The notes below the pieces were generated by a model that saw nothing but the letters and a program-made list of their open reading frames with translations, ran no database searches and was not told the DNA's origin. A program made the position numbers and the translations under genes. A stretch of DNA of 56,567 nt, taken from positions 349,914 through 406,480 of the forward strand of contig MNCI01001334.1 in NCBI GenBank assembly GCA_015680685.1, read 5' to 3'. The stretch comes from Gnetum montanum (taxonomy: Eukaryota > Plantae > Gnetophyta). Of this stretch, positions 39,130 through 52,850 are shown piece by piece. The stretch's first letter is position 1, and each line of letters starts with the position of its first letter.

Positions 39130-40320
39130 ACCCCCTAATCTTTTCTATTTTGGTTGGGAGGAAGGAAGACTTGGAGAGATTGACACCATTTCCAAATGTA
39201 TTGAGAGAATGAGCAATCCCAAAAGACATGTTAAAAAGAGTCATCCGCTTTACAAATGAGGCATTTAGGATGATCAATTCCTAAAAAATGAAGCCTATGT
39301 CCGATGGGAAGACCTTGATGAACCAAGGACCAAAAAAAGAAATGATGCTTAGGTTGGGCCTTAGAAGTTCAAATCCAACGAAAAATAGTTTTCCACTGAT
39401 GGTCCTCAAGATGTAAACTCCAACGTCTATTTAGAGTGGAGAATTGAAAAGCTTGCACATGAAACCAAGAATTGTCTTTAGAGATGCGTAAAGAGCGAAG
39501 ATGGGAACCGTGAGCCCAAAACCAATCTTCATACCAAGGAGTATTAGTATGCAACTTATGCACAGCAAAGTTGGAAAGAAGTTGCTCTATGTGTTGGTAA
39601 ATGATAATATCTTGTCTTTGAAACCCCCATTTTACTTTCACCTGTGTCCAAGAGAGGGTAGGAGAATCATTTCTAACAGTATATAATTGATCAATACGGT
39701 GGAGATCGTGGTCAGCAAAACGATTGGCTCTATGAGAGAATTCATCATAAAGACAACCTCCATTCTTTTTAAGGATAGGGGACCACCAGATCGAGTGTGT
39801 CGACAGAGAGTGCAAGCTTATCTGGGAAGGTTTCCATTGCAATAAATCTCTAAGTTGGCTCCAACACCGTCAAATTTGCTTAAACCAGAAAGAACCTTTG
39901 ATCTTCTGAGAGCCTTCACTAATGATCCAATTGCTCCAATGAGTATTTTGCCATCTATGATGGATACCAAGACAAGAGATGTTATGCCTAAAAAGGATCT
40001 TCCAAGCTTCATCTCCTTCAATACACCGAGTCACCCATTTGGAGGCCAAGAGAATACTCTGGTGCTCAATAGAGGCAAGGCCTAAGCCCCTGTGTTCTTT
40101 ACTTAAAGTGCAAGTATCCCAAGCTACTTGATGAAAAGCTTTGTGATCATCCTTATCCCCCCAAAGGAAATTCCTAAGTATGTTGTTAATGCATTGAAAG
40201 GAAGATTTGGAAGGAGCCATAAAGGAAGAGTAATAGACATGAGTGGAGCTCAAAATATGATTAACTACGATAAATCTACTTGCAAGAGATAAGGGTTTAA
40301 AAGCTCATTTCAAAGCTTTA
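39130..40320 (-). mobile_element. L1-clade LINE ORF2 C-terminal fragment, relatively well preserved
   Basis: ORFs 39870-40253 (LRNFLWGD..FHQVAWDTCTLSKEHRGLGL..LASKWV) and 39369-39842. Confidence 0.85.
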
Positions 40321-41329
40321 TGTTTCCATTATGTTCAAAAATAGGATGTTAGTTTGATCAATTACTATTAGTTTCCATTATGTTCAAAAATAGGATGTTA
40401 GAAAAATTTCAAAATGGACATTCCTAGCTCCCATGACTAATAAGTGTAACTTCAAAAGCACATAAGTTTTTGAACAATTAAAACCAAAGATCTAATTCAA
40501 AATATGGTCAAAAAGTATTAATGGATATGGAAATAGAGAAGTAGCAAAAATTAATAAAATAGATGCAAAGTAGTCCCAAAATCATGCATAAATTCAAAAA
40601 AACCATCACTAATGTTTTAGAAGATGTGAAGGTTAGTTCAAAGCCATGATTAACAAAAGTTATGCAAGTGGATCCTCCCCAAAGCAGGCTCCTCCCATAA
40701 TGCCCTTACATAACCACTTCTATAGATGTCTGTGGGTACCCTAGAAGTTAAATGTAGATCTTGCCTTTGTTCCAAACAACACATAATTGCTATGGTTAGG
40801 ATGTTGCATGATACTAAACAAAACCAAAAGGCTCATAACCGCATGCAGCAGTGAGGTCAATAGGATGAGAAGGGATTGCAAAGATCAAGATGTAAGATAC
40901 TTGACCATTTCCACAACAAGTTCTTGTGAAAAATGTGATTAAAAGGATTAGCAAACCTATTTGTCCAAGTTTAGACCAAGTCCATACCATGAACAATTAC
41001 CTTGCATTGATGTGTTCCATTCTACCAACCACCATGAGTCCACAACCACCTCAAAGAACAATCATCACTCCAAAAAGAGAAGAAAAGAGAAGGAAGGGCC
41101 TTAGTTAAAGGGGTGCCTTTAGGCATAGGTAACATGTATTTCTAACCCCATAACTAGTACTTGTAGCCCATTATTGTGTCTAAAGGATGTGCTCTAAATT
41201 TCCATTATTGTTTTTTTTTATTTTTTTCTAACAAGGTTCATCAAAATAGGCCCATAACATTTTCAAACATGCCAAAACTCCACAAATATATTCCATAAAT
41301 TGAAAGATGTTACTTTGGCCTATGTCATG

Positions 41330-43920
41330 TCCATGTTAGATATCCCATGGGCATGACATTGAAGGAAACATTTCCTTCATGTTAACAAACCAAGCTACAA
41401 ATGTTTTAAATTCAATGTCAAATATCTTTTCTAGGTTTTGCAACTCCTAGTAGTCATTTATCCTTCTTGCTAGATTCTCAGCAATAGATCATTCATCAAT
41501 GAACTTGCTTTTGAGAACTTCAAGCTCTGTAATGGTTGTCTCCAACTTTTGTTTTATCTCTTTGTAGAGCTTGAATTTCACCTCATAGAGAAGGTAGGAA
41601 CTAGCAACTTATTTCTCCAAATTAGATCTTGGTCTCCCCACTATTAGCATTACCAAGTTTTCATAATGGAGATTGGCAAGCACCACACATTTTATCTTTT
41701 TGATCTGTAACTTCTTCAAATAGATTTCTACCTTATTGTACATATTTAGTCCATCAAAGATGGGTTGCCATACATTGCCTCATTGTTGAAGTTGTTGGAG
41801 GACCTCATTCATCTTCATCTTTGCCATTTGTATCTTTTTCTCATTGACCTCCATTAGTAGCCTAACCTAGTCCCTATAATGATTCTCCACTTATTCAAAC
41901 TTTAGGACCTTATTCTTCTAGGAGGCTACCTCAATTGTGGTTTTCTAGTGAAGAGCATGAACTTCCTTCATCAAGAGATTGTGAGTTTTTGTTGCCAGCC
42001 TTCTCAAATCCATGTAATTGACCAATCGGTTCTTCTACTACTTAGCATTACATAGGTGGTTATTATCCTTGGTAAGAACCAATTTTTCCTTGCAAATATA
42101 TGTTAGGTCATTGTCAATGCTATTACCGATGACATTTGACAAGGATTTGTTAAAGATCATCATCTCCTTTACATTCTTAGCCTTTTAGTATTTATGTTGA
42201 AGCTATTGGAAAGCTTCATTCGTAGTAAGCTCAAGCTTAAGAATGACAAGGTTGAAGAGACAAGCTCTCAACTTGGCAACTTCAGTGACCAACTAGTGAT
42301 CTGCTATGATGTCCTCCTCAAATTGTGCATTTGCAATTACCAATTTTTCCTTTATCTTGAGTAGTTGCAACTAGTTTACTGTAATTTTGTCCAAAAGATC
42401 AAAGATCTTTGAAAGTGGATGTCCTGCTCCTACCAATCTTTTCAACACTTCCATATGTTGGATAACACTCGTTTGACCACTTCTTGCTCCTACAAATGCA
42501 TGAATGTCTGCAATGACAACAATGTCTAGTATAAAAATTTCAAGAGCACTTAGGACCTACGCTACCCTATCAAACATCATCTCTACTACTATCTTCTAGC
42601 CCTTATGTTGCATAATCAGGACTATTGCCCCTTCTCCTTCCTCTAACATGATAGAGAAATCTACAGCATTTCCTAAAATCTCAAGAAATATTTGTTCAGG
42701 AATGAACACCGTGATCTCTCTAGTACTTGGATTAGGCCTTATGGGTACCTGAAATCTCTATGTGGAGAATAACCTAGTCATTTCATTATCCAAATAACTG
42801 ATGGTTCTTGCGACCTCATTCAGATGACTCATGGCTAGATGGTAAAGGGACAACTTCCGACCACCTATAGAGCTTTGATGTTGCTACAATTGCTACTCTT
42901 GAGGCTTCCTTAGTCATTGTGTAGATGTAAGTATCTTTGATGTAGTTTTAGGTGGTGGTGGTAATTACTTTTCTTCTTGAAACTTTGTCATTATCTTCTT
43001 CTTCATCATCTCCTACTAGAATGTGATAGAAGTGCGACAAACCATGTCATTGGAATAACAAGCTATTCCTCTTCTTTTTCATAATTTGTTAATTAAACAT
43101 GGAAATGGGAGTGTCTTCCTACCCTTCTCATTTTCCTTGAAGCATTTTCAATCTCTATGAAAATGAGTTGGGATAGGTTAACTATGAATTTCCTACTCAA
43201 AGTGGAACATGCCCAAGTGAAGAAGGGTATTACCTTACTAGGCCTCATAGTTGTGTTTTGGTGGTAGGCCACAATCTTGAAGTATGCTTTCTCCACCTTT
43301 GTTAGGGCACCGTACTCCTTATAGTCCACCCCATAGCATCGTTGGACCCACTCCTTCTTAGGTTTTAGCTCCACTTGTGTTGATATTAGCCAACTTTGCC
43401 CTTAGGTAAGGTAAACTAAGGACCTCTGCAATGGCCTAAACTAAGTAGGAGATGGTTATATCCTTGATCTTTATTTATGCATCTCCTTATCAATTGTTCC
43501 AAAATAAATAAGTCTTCCCCATGAAATATTCCCTACTATTAGACAAAATAGGACCATAAGGGAGACCCTTGCAACTGTGTGTGGACCTCCTTTAGTGCTA
43601 GTTCAAAGAAGGATCCAAGGTTTAGCTCTTAAAGGATAGAAATTTGGACCTTCTTGGTTTCAATGCACTCCAAATAGGCCTCTCTGAGGGTGACCTCTAG
43701 GTTAGGCCTTAGCCTACCTAGATTAGTTCGTTTCTACTATGGAAATCTGTTTGATAGATTCCACTTCAAGTTCTTACTAGAGAGGTCCAATTGCATGTGT
43801 GCCCTAGACTAGTATCTCTTGGGGTTATAGTTACTATTATTGTTGATCCCTTCCTCCCTAAGGACGCTTTTACCTTGGTTGTGATGGTTCTCCCACTTGT
43901 GATCATTACTTAGGTGCCAT
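41330..43920 (-). pseudogene. Extra (env-position) ORF of the Ty3/gypsy element, decayed
   Basis: Starts ATG GCA CCT AAG (MAPK..SQVGEPSQPR) at 43920; ORF remnant 43093-43374; acidic patch near 43000; K/E/L-rich C-terminal half; 3' end approximate. Confidence 0.6.
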
Positions 43921-45849
43921 CTATGATCATATACATAACCCATGATTAGAGTTTTAGTTCATAACCCTTAGTTATTTAATACATTTCTTCATTAGATTTG
44001 GTTATTTTAATTTATGGATTATTAAAATTTAATAGTTAATGATTGTTTAGGATCGTAGGCCAAATTTATTATTTTATTTATAGCTATCAAAGTTTGTGTG
44101 GTGGTCTTAATCCTTCATGGTCATTAATTTTAATATTATTTTAATGGGTTGACCATGAGAAGTTAGAAAAATTTCAAAAACTTTTGCCAAAAACCAAAGG
44201 TTTATGTCTCCCATGACATAAAGCTTATCTTTGGTAGCTTGAGGATTGAAAAAAGAGTAAAAATGAGTTAGTGGTTTGGAAGTTAGGATAGTTCGAAGAT
44301 TCTTAGGCTTTGAAAAATGACAAGAACTCCTCTAGCTCTTAGGGAAAATGATGCAAAATGAGATAACTTTCACTCATATTTATAAAATTTTTGTGCTATG
44401 TCGATGGGGCTACATTGTCTCATCCCATTAAATCGACAGGGCTATGTTGACACAGTGGTTTATAGTGATATTTTGCATTTGTAAAATGGATGAATTTTAG
44501 CAAATTTTGGGATGAAACAAGAGCCCAATAGAAGCCAAAAAGATGCAAAAAGATAGCAACAACATAGAAGTAGGTTCTCTTGAAAGTTGGCCTATGTACT
44601 TGATGCCCTTGCATGCCCTCCTCATAAGAAGTCTCTAGGCACTGAGGATGATTAGTGGTCATTTTATGTAAAACCTATATTCATTTGAGGAATTGTCTAA
44701 GGATTATGTAAGCATGAAAACCAAACTTATTAATTGGCCATGATATGAGGTAGTGAGGTGATATATCATGAGCTAAAAATGATGGTAGATAGAGAATGCT
44801 AGATAAGTTATTTGCATCTAGGTCACATGAGATCCTTGGGAAATTTGTGATTAAAATGATCTAATACCTTCATGTCCCAAGTCTAGACTAAGTCCTTTCT
44901 ACTTTTAGTGATCTCGCATTGACATATGCCTTCTCTTTGACCATCAAGAGTTTCTAAAAAATCCCAAAGGATAGTCACAAATCTAAGAGAAGAAGAAAAA
45001 TGAAGAAGGAAGAAAGGACCTTAGTTAGAGGGGTACTTTTAGGCATGAGAAACGTGTCTTTCTACCCCATAACCAATGCTTCTACTAGCTCATTATTGTG
45101 TTTGATGAATGTGCATTAAATTTCCTTTTTTTTTTTACAAGGACCACACCATGCAAAGACATGCTTATTTATGGTTGACGATAGGAGTGGTGATATATTA
45201 ATGGAAAATCATAAAACTTGAGAAGAAGGTTAAGAAGAAAATATAACAAGTTTCCTTGAGATCACACCCTTTTCCATTTCTACTTGGTCCATTCCATGTC
45301 TATTGGATAACAAGATCATTTTTAGCTCTAATGTGGAAGACTTCATGCTCCCATGATACAAAGTTTCCATGGAGTGAATGGAATAGATGGATGACATGAA
45401 CACACTATTTGATACCATTCAAAAATTGATAATATGTTAGTAGAGGACATGATTGAAAGATAAAATTTGACCATTTGGTCAATTAATTATACATAAATAA
45501 CTACATTAATTAACTTCCAAAGTTGACTATAGTAATAAAAAAATCAAATATTTTCCATAAAACAAGTTTAAATTAAGAAAGAAGAAAAGGAAAAAAATAT
45601 AAAATAATCAATAACATATTCAAGAAAATAAAAAAATTATAAAGAATGGTGTAAGACAAAAAGGTGTAAACTGGGTTAACATTATCAAGGTGTTAGTATG
45701 GATGGCCATCTCTCCCATGATTGAGTTAGGAGGAGAAGATCAAAAAAATAGAGCATGCTTGCTTATGCTCTGAGGTGTTAGAGTTGTTGGTTACTTTGGG
45801 TTTAAAAAATGGCTTAACTTATTGGATGTTGATCAACAGACATTTTCAA

Positions 45850-46930
45850 GGCATAATTGATGGTAAATAATCATGACACTGGAAGAAAAAGTTGCATGAA
45901 TTATGTAAGATCCTTCCCATAGCATTTGAAACTTAATGTCATGTGGTACCTACATGGGATTCTAGTAAAGGATCTTATCATCAAGTTGACATTTAACTCT
46001 TCTTATCCATGCATCATGACATAGTTTAGAGTGTGTCCTATGCACTTCATTCATCATTAGGTCTACCTATTAGTTCTCATCTAGCACATTTAGTGAGATT
46101 AGGTGCTCCTTTTATGCTAAATTGATGTCAAGGTTAAGCTTATAGGAGGTTGAGGGTATTTGTAGCTCAGCTTGGATTGAAAATGTTGGAAATTTTCCAT
46201 ACACTAACTTAGAAGGAGAGTAACCTATAGGAAGTTTCCAAGTTGATCAATATGCCCAAAGAGCATAGTTGAGTTTTGTACTAAAGTCCTTCCTATATCT
46301 ATTAATAGTTTGTGTTAGAATCCTAGTTATCTCGCTATTAGTAAGTAACCTCAGCTTGTCCATTCACTTGGGGTGATAAGGGGTTGTACTTTTATGTTGC
46401 ACTTCTAAGTATTGCATCAGTATTTAAAAATTAAACCCTATAAAGTAAGTTTCATTATCTAAAATAAGTGACCTTGGCACACCAAACTTGTTTTCCACCT
46501 ATTGTTGAACAAATAGTGCTGTAGTGGAAGATAGATAGTCAGAGATGCCTATAGCTTCAGTCCATTTCATGTAGTAGTTAACAATGATGATGATGTAGGC
46601 CTTCCCATTTGCATGGAAGTGATGGGTCTAATGAAGTTAATGCCCTAGAGGTTGAAAGGCTCTACTGGTTCAATTCACTATTGAGGCCTTTCCATTTGCA
46701 TAGTCATTCTTCCATCTCTTTTGTAATGCTTACTCAAACAAGAAAAATGGTAAGCATCTCTTAAGATTGTTGATCAAAATTACCCTACCATGAAAATCTT
46801 CATACCTGTCCTCCTTCCTGCAGAGTGGTCTCTAGAAGGATCTTCATGAGTGTCTTAGAGGATTTATGATTGATTAGCATCAGGCACACACCACTGAACT
46901 AAGCCATCAACACAAATCTTGTAAATGTTA
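45850..46930 (-). pseudogene. Retrotransposon integrase, decayed
   Basis: HED...HSAG, GINFIRP, VNYYMKWTEA, KFGVPRSLILDN, TTPYHPQVNGQAE, WAY motifs. Confidence 0.85.
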
Positions 46931-47149
46931 CCTTTGATTTCCATATAGCACTTGATTGGATAAAGAAATTATTGTTTCTTCTTATTGTCCCATTTTGCTA
47001 GAGTCTTCCAAGTGAGAAGATAGAAGAGGAATTCATTATACTAAAAGGTAGCATTAGGTCTTTGAAATTCATTGGATTTAGGAAAGAGGATTTCATTGGG
47101 AAATTAGTCATATAAGGGCTCCTCATTCTTTTCGCAATCCCATCTTATT

Positions 47150-48430
47150 CGAGATAAATGATTAACAACTATGTTCTCAGTTCCTTTCCTATCCACCATG
47201 GTCAAGTTGAATTCCTATAAGAAAACTAGCCACCATATGACATGGGGGCTCATCATTTTCTTATTCATTAAGAAATAGATGACACTATGATCAATGCGTA
47301 TAAAAACTTGATATCTAGTCATATAATCCTTAAATTTCTCTAAGGCATACACCACTACCATAAGCTTCTTTTCAATGATGGTGTAATTCAGTTGTGCATC
47401 AATAATGCTTCTACTTGCACAATGGATATAGTATGAACATCTTTGGTCATCCAATTATGTAAGCACCACTCCCAATGCATAGTTTGATGTATTTTTCATT
47501 ATGTGAAATGATCTATACCAATTTGGAGCATGTAGAATTGAAGTTTCTATAAGCTTTTACTTGATTTACTAAAATGCTTGCCCACATTCCTTGGTCCATT
47601 TGAAAGCTACATCTTCTTTGTTAGCTCCACTAGTGATTTGGTAATTTTGGAGAAGTTCGCATTAAAGTGCTGATAGTATCCAATGTGACCAAGGAATGAC
47701 CTCACATCCTTTACCATTTTGGATTATCTGGTAATTTCTTGAATGGCTTGTACTTTTCCTAGATCCATCTTAATCCATTGTTCTAAAATTCAATGCCCCA
47801 AGACTATGTTCTCTTAGACCATCAAATGGATTTTTTGCTAATTGATCCTTAAGTTTATCTTTACAAAAATGCTTTAGCACTTGGTTAAGATGGTCCAAGG
47901 CTTGCTTAAAACTAGTAACATAGGTGAAGAAGTTATCCATAAAGACTTCCACACCACTACCAATTTTTTGCTAAAATATGCTAAGCACTAGACGTTGGAA
48001 AGTTGTAGAAGCATTATAAAGGTCATGTTATTTTTTGCTTAATCTTCTAGTGCTACTCCGATTTGGTTATAGCCACTATAACCATCTAAAAAACTATAGT
48101 AGTTATGCCCTACGATGGTATATAGGACCTGGTCCACAAATGATAATGGAAAATAATATTTGAAGGTTTCCATGTTCAATAGCTTGAAGTATATGTAGAT
48201 TCTTCATTTTCCTCCTTTCTTTGATACAATTATGAGTGGGCTAATCCACTCACCATCTACAATGGGATAAATGAACCTTGCCTTAAGAAGTTGTTTCACT
48301 TCTTCCCTAACAACTTGCTTAAGTTTTGGACTCAACCTTCTTTCCAGTTGCCTCTTTGGCTTGATGAAGGAGTTTTTGTAAATTTAATGTTAGCATATCA
48401 ATGGATCTATCCTTGTTCACTCATGATATG
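47150..48430 (-). pseudogene. Retrotransposon reverse transcriptase / RNase H, decayed
   Basis: WISPL.IV.KKGGK, SGYNQI, EVFMDNF, SFLGHIGYY, NYTIIEKKLMVVVYALEKF. Confidence 0.88.
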
Positions 48431-48853
48431 ACCAAACAAAGGCTTTTGAGCATTTTTTTTACCACTTTTAGCAACCTGCTTTTTTGATCTTAAGTGAGAT
48501 TGACATTGATAATTACCAACTTGACATTGTCAAGAAAACCATACTCTAGAGTTGCTAGTAAAGTCTTGAGTTCAAGGGACTCATGCTTAAAATGATCAGG
48601 GATTTTCAACTCTTCCCAATCCATCTTATTCTATGCATGGGAGAGTTAGTTATGTGTGACATAAATGTCATAAAAATACGATTGCTTAATTTATCACTTT
48701 CATCATTTTCTTAAATAATATAATGGAACATTTTCTTACATAATATTATGGAAAATCATAAATACTTAATAAATGAATTAACTAGTAAATAAAAATTAGT
48801 ACTATCAAATAAAAAAAGGAAAATAGAAAACTTTTATTAATAGGAGAGAGTAC

Positions 48854-49179
48854 TGTAACACCCTCTAGGTTATCTTCTTATGTCACTTAAGCCTTACAGG
48901 CAATCTAGCACTACCACCATGGTTAGACTATCTAGCCAAAGAGGTGATCAATCCCTTCTTGTCCCGCTTCACCTAGCTACTATCACTTGCCTTTCCTATC
49001 TCTACAACTCCATGCCCAACATGACCTCTAAACCCAACCTTAAATGACATAGGTTAAACCCTTTTCTGAGGGATACATGAATAATCGTAACTCCTCATAA
49101 CAAGGTTTCCCTTCATTTTTGAAGGTTAATTACATTGTTTACAATTGTTTCCACCCTTAATGAGGAATGAGATGTTACA
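48854..49179. mobile_element. Short solo-LTR-like insertion nested between PR and RT
   Basis: Termini TGTAACAccc...gaTGTTACA (7-bp inverted repeat); no matching TSD. Confidence 0.5.
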
Positions 49180-49529
49180 TTATAGATCTACTCTATTTCA
49201 CTCATATTATTAACATAAGTACTTCTGAGGCTCTCTACTGGTTCAATGAATACTTTTGAATTAGATATGATATTTGTTGTCAGCGACTAGACACTTTCCT
49301 ATTTGTTAGTTGCTACATACAAACACCTTTGAACATATGACACCTCAGCATACTTATTGCAAGATTTGAAAGATGTACTTTACATGGCTCATATACTTTT
49401 CACGCAATGGCACCTTATGTTGGTGTATGCGATGCATGGAACTAACTTCTTCTCTATTTTCTGAATTTGTTTTCCTTAGAGATTTCTAAGGAAAAATCTC
49501 TAATTCCCATCTTGACATTAATTAGACTA

Positions 49530-49830
49530 AGCCAAGCCCTTCCCATGATAATAGAGATTTCCTTCTTACAATTATCCACATGGATCACAAGGAAATCTAT
49601 TGAGTAAGACCAACCATAAATGAACACTATAATGTCTTAAACCAATTCCAAAGGGATAGTGATGGATTGATCTACAAGCTTTAATGTGATATTGCATTTA
49701 TTAAGTGGAGATAGGTTCAAGTTCTTGTACATCTCTTGAGAAATTAAGTTCACTCTAGAACTTAAATCCAGTAGAGCCTTGTATGGATTATTTCTTATGT
49801 TCTACTAATAAATTAAGGAACTTGCAAGAT
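49530..49830 (-). pseudogene. Retrotransposon aspartic protease, decayed
   Basis: ALLDLSSRVNLIS..MYKNLNL....ITLKLVDQS...DFLVI, the Athila-type protease pattern. Confidence 0.8.
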
Positions 49831-50999
49831 TAGATCATTTCTTGAAAAGGAAAACTATCATGATCCAATCTATAACTACATGGGTTAACATGATAGTATC
49901 AAAATTAGAGGATTTTTGGTTTGAGGGTGGCTTGAGAGTAATTTCAAAAGTAGGAAAAGTAAGGTTAGTAGCTATGAGTGTCTGTGAGGGTTTTTATGGA
50001 ATGTTTGTTCTAAAGAAAGTCCTCTTTCAAGTCTTATGCTTAGAACCACTCAAATGGATAGTCATATATAAATTAACTTCCCTTAAGCAATTTTGTTGCT
50101 ATGGTTATGGTGAAATCTCTCCTTACATAGATGAAATAGATGGTAAGGGTGTGGTGTTAGATGGTGCAAGGTGTGTTGGTGGATATGAAGGATGAGTGAA
50201 AGGAGACTCATTTCTTAGAGTATGCATTCTATAATATTTAGAAGGGTAGTAGTGATGCAAGAGAAAGAGTGTGGCTTATAAAGCCATGAGGAGATACAAG
50301 TTACTAGACATAAGATCCATCAAGGTCTGGTTACCAATAAGGATATTACTACTACAGTGGTGGCATCCCCTAAGATTGTGATTTTTTCCATTGCTAATAC
50401 TACTCCTAAAGTTAAGGAGGTGCTTCACTTGGATAATATAGTGTTTGGTGGAACTACTACCTGTAATTGCCTTATGGGTAAGGCAATCTTCTAGGTGTTT
50501 GTTTCTTTGCAAAATTTGGGTTTAAGACATACACCCCAGATTTCTATAGATGTGATAACATAAGAAAACATCCTTTGGAATGTTTGTATTGGAAAATATC
50601 ACATCCATCATCATCCATTTCTGAATTTGCAACCTCATTAGCAACTAAAACCTTACCTTTTGTTGATAATAAACCCTTTCTGTGTCTTTCTTTCTCCTTC
50701 TATCTTAATCACTACTTTCCTACTTTGTCTTCTCCTCCAAAACTTTAAGAGTAGTTTGGAACTTCTCATCTAATGAGTCATACATTTTATCTACCTTGGT
50801 AGATATTTCAGTAACATATTTTTATATCAATAAGATCTTCCTTTGCATCACTTCATCTAGTGGTGCCTCCTCCTTTGAATCTCAAAAACATACCTCCCTC
50901 TTGCAAATGAAGGGGATCCCTATTGTATTTCTCTACACTTTCATGTTTTCTTAGCTTCTCCCCCCCCCCTTTTGCCATCTATTCAATCAACTTTTGAAT

Positions 51000-51480
51000 A
51001 AGATGGGCTCACATTTCCAAAAGTCTCTCTTGGCCATAAACCCTGATAGTTTCTTTAGTTTTTTTAAAGACCATCTATAATATAGTAAAGATACTCCCTT
51101 TGAGAGAATCCATGGCCTAAGCATTGATGCAAGAGAAAGTAGTACAAGCTGAAGGCTACATCTAAGGATTCATGATTTCTTCATTTCCATCATTGAATTT
51201 GCTTTTTCAGGTTGGACACTTGGGAGTACATTTGGTACTTTTCATTGAATAGCTGTAACATGGTTCTCCACCTACAAATGGATTTCAGTTCCAAGGATTG
51301 GTACCAACTTTCTACTTCCTTGATGAGTGTACTTTGGAATAGTTTGAGGTTTTTTTATTCATTCTCAATGTTTTGTAAGGTGCAAGCATCATGGAAAGCT
51401 TGCAAATGATGTTCGTGATTAGCATTATATCCTCCTTCAATCTTGGAAATATTGTTCATATTCAACTATTTAATCCTACT
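51000..51480 (-). pseudogene. Retrotransposon gag core, decayed
   Basis: HLQAFHDACTLQNIENE*KNLKLFQSTL..EVESWYQSL...I..W..ML.LFNEKY. Confidence 0.75.
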
Positions 51481-52830
51481 ATCCTTTTAGTGCCTAGTGG
51501 GAATTAAAATTTCTTTTAAAATTTTAAGCATGTTTCCAATAGCTAGAAATGACTCATTATAGTCATTACATTCATGGTGGCCCCCTATCCTGGCCATGCT
51601 ATATATGATGATTCCTATTGTGCCTTCATTGCCAGTGATGCTCCTGGTGATGCTCCAATTCCCTTTCCTCTTGTGGTTGTCTATGCTCCTAGCTTCTATT
51701 TCTATATTGTGATCTCTGATCATCTTCATCTCCATCTCAATCCTAACCACACCTTCTTCTGTCTTAGCCATAACTCCTCAAATTATACTTTGATGATGAG
51801 AAGGATGGTAAAGATGAAGGACAAGGATTATGGTGCCTACTAGTTCTTCTCTTATGGTCCCTTTTGCATTCTCTTTCCTTGTCTTTGTCTTGTTCTTTTT
51901 CTTTAGATGAACGACTATGAGATCTTTGCTTTGATGTTCTTTGGGCCTTGTGCTCCATCCTTCCCTCACCTTGGTTGTTGTTCAATGTGGACTACAACCA
52001 TTGGTAAAGATTTTCATCCTCAATAAAAGGAGGGGAATCTATATTTTGAGATAGACTTAAGAAAAGATCAAGGTCCTCTTTTTGTGGTTGTAGAAATAGG
52101 ATGAACAACTATGAGACTTGTCTTTTGAAGTTCTTTGACCCTTTAACTCTATCCTCACCTCACCAAAGTTCTCCAAGGTTGACTATAATCTTTGGGAAAG
52201 GGTTTCCTTCTTAACAAAGGGAGGAGAATCTGTGTACTAAGAAAACCATGAGAAGAAATCATTTCCCTTCTTTGGAAAATGTCGAAATGATGGTGTTGGG
52301 ATACCTTTACCCTTGGAGGCTTTAGAGCATGCATCAATGCATTTGTCTTTCTAGATATATGCTTCTGTAGGTTGATAGTCCCTAGGCACTTAATACATTG
52401 TCTCATACTTAGGCATTGTTGCTTCAATGTGTAGTCTAATGAATTGGGTCATGCAAATGGCAAGAATAGATCGATTGAGAGGTAGCATAATGCTACCTCA
52501 CATGTCTCTCTAGCATAACTACTCATCATGATGGAGGATGAAGATGAATTCTAGATAAGAAGGATCCAAATGGGCATAAATCACCCTTAACTATTGAGGC
52601 TTCTCATCGGTAGTCTTTTAAGTTCTATCTTGTTGTTAATTAGATTCATCGGTGCATGGTGAAGATTCATTCCTACGAGCAAAAGCCATATTAGTAATAT
52701 GTATTAAGTGTGCCTTTGAGATCATTTTGTTATTATTTTGTATTCGAAAAATATCTTTGTTATGTTTCCCTTACAACGATTTTGTATGAATTCATTAATT
52801 AATAATATTTAGCACACTTAGTTAAACTAA

Positions 52831-52850
52831 ATCCCTAGAAATGACACTAA
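52831..52850 (-). promoter_or_regulatory. Primer-binding site (tRNA-Asp type) adjoining the 5' LTR end (..CATCA)
   Basis: Minus strand TTAGTGTCATTTCTAGGGAT versus the Athila-type TTGGCGCCGTTGCCGGGGAT; nearly all differences are C>T or G>A. Confidence 0.65.

Noticed and set aside
27000-40402. Short local tandem duplications (27010-27155, 32824-32863, 36761-36880, 40322-40401)
   Set aside because: Ordinary slippage or repair duplications with no sign of function.
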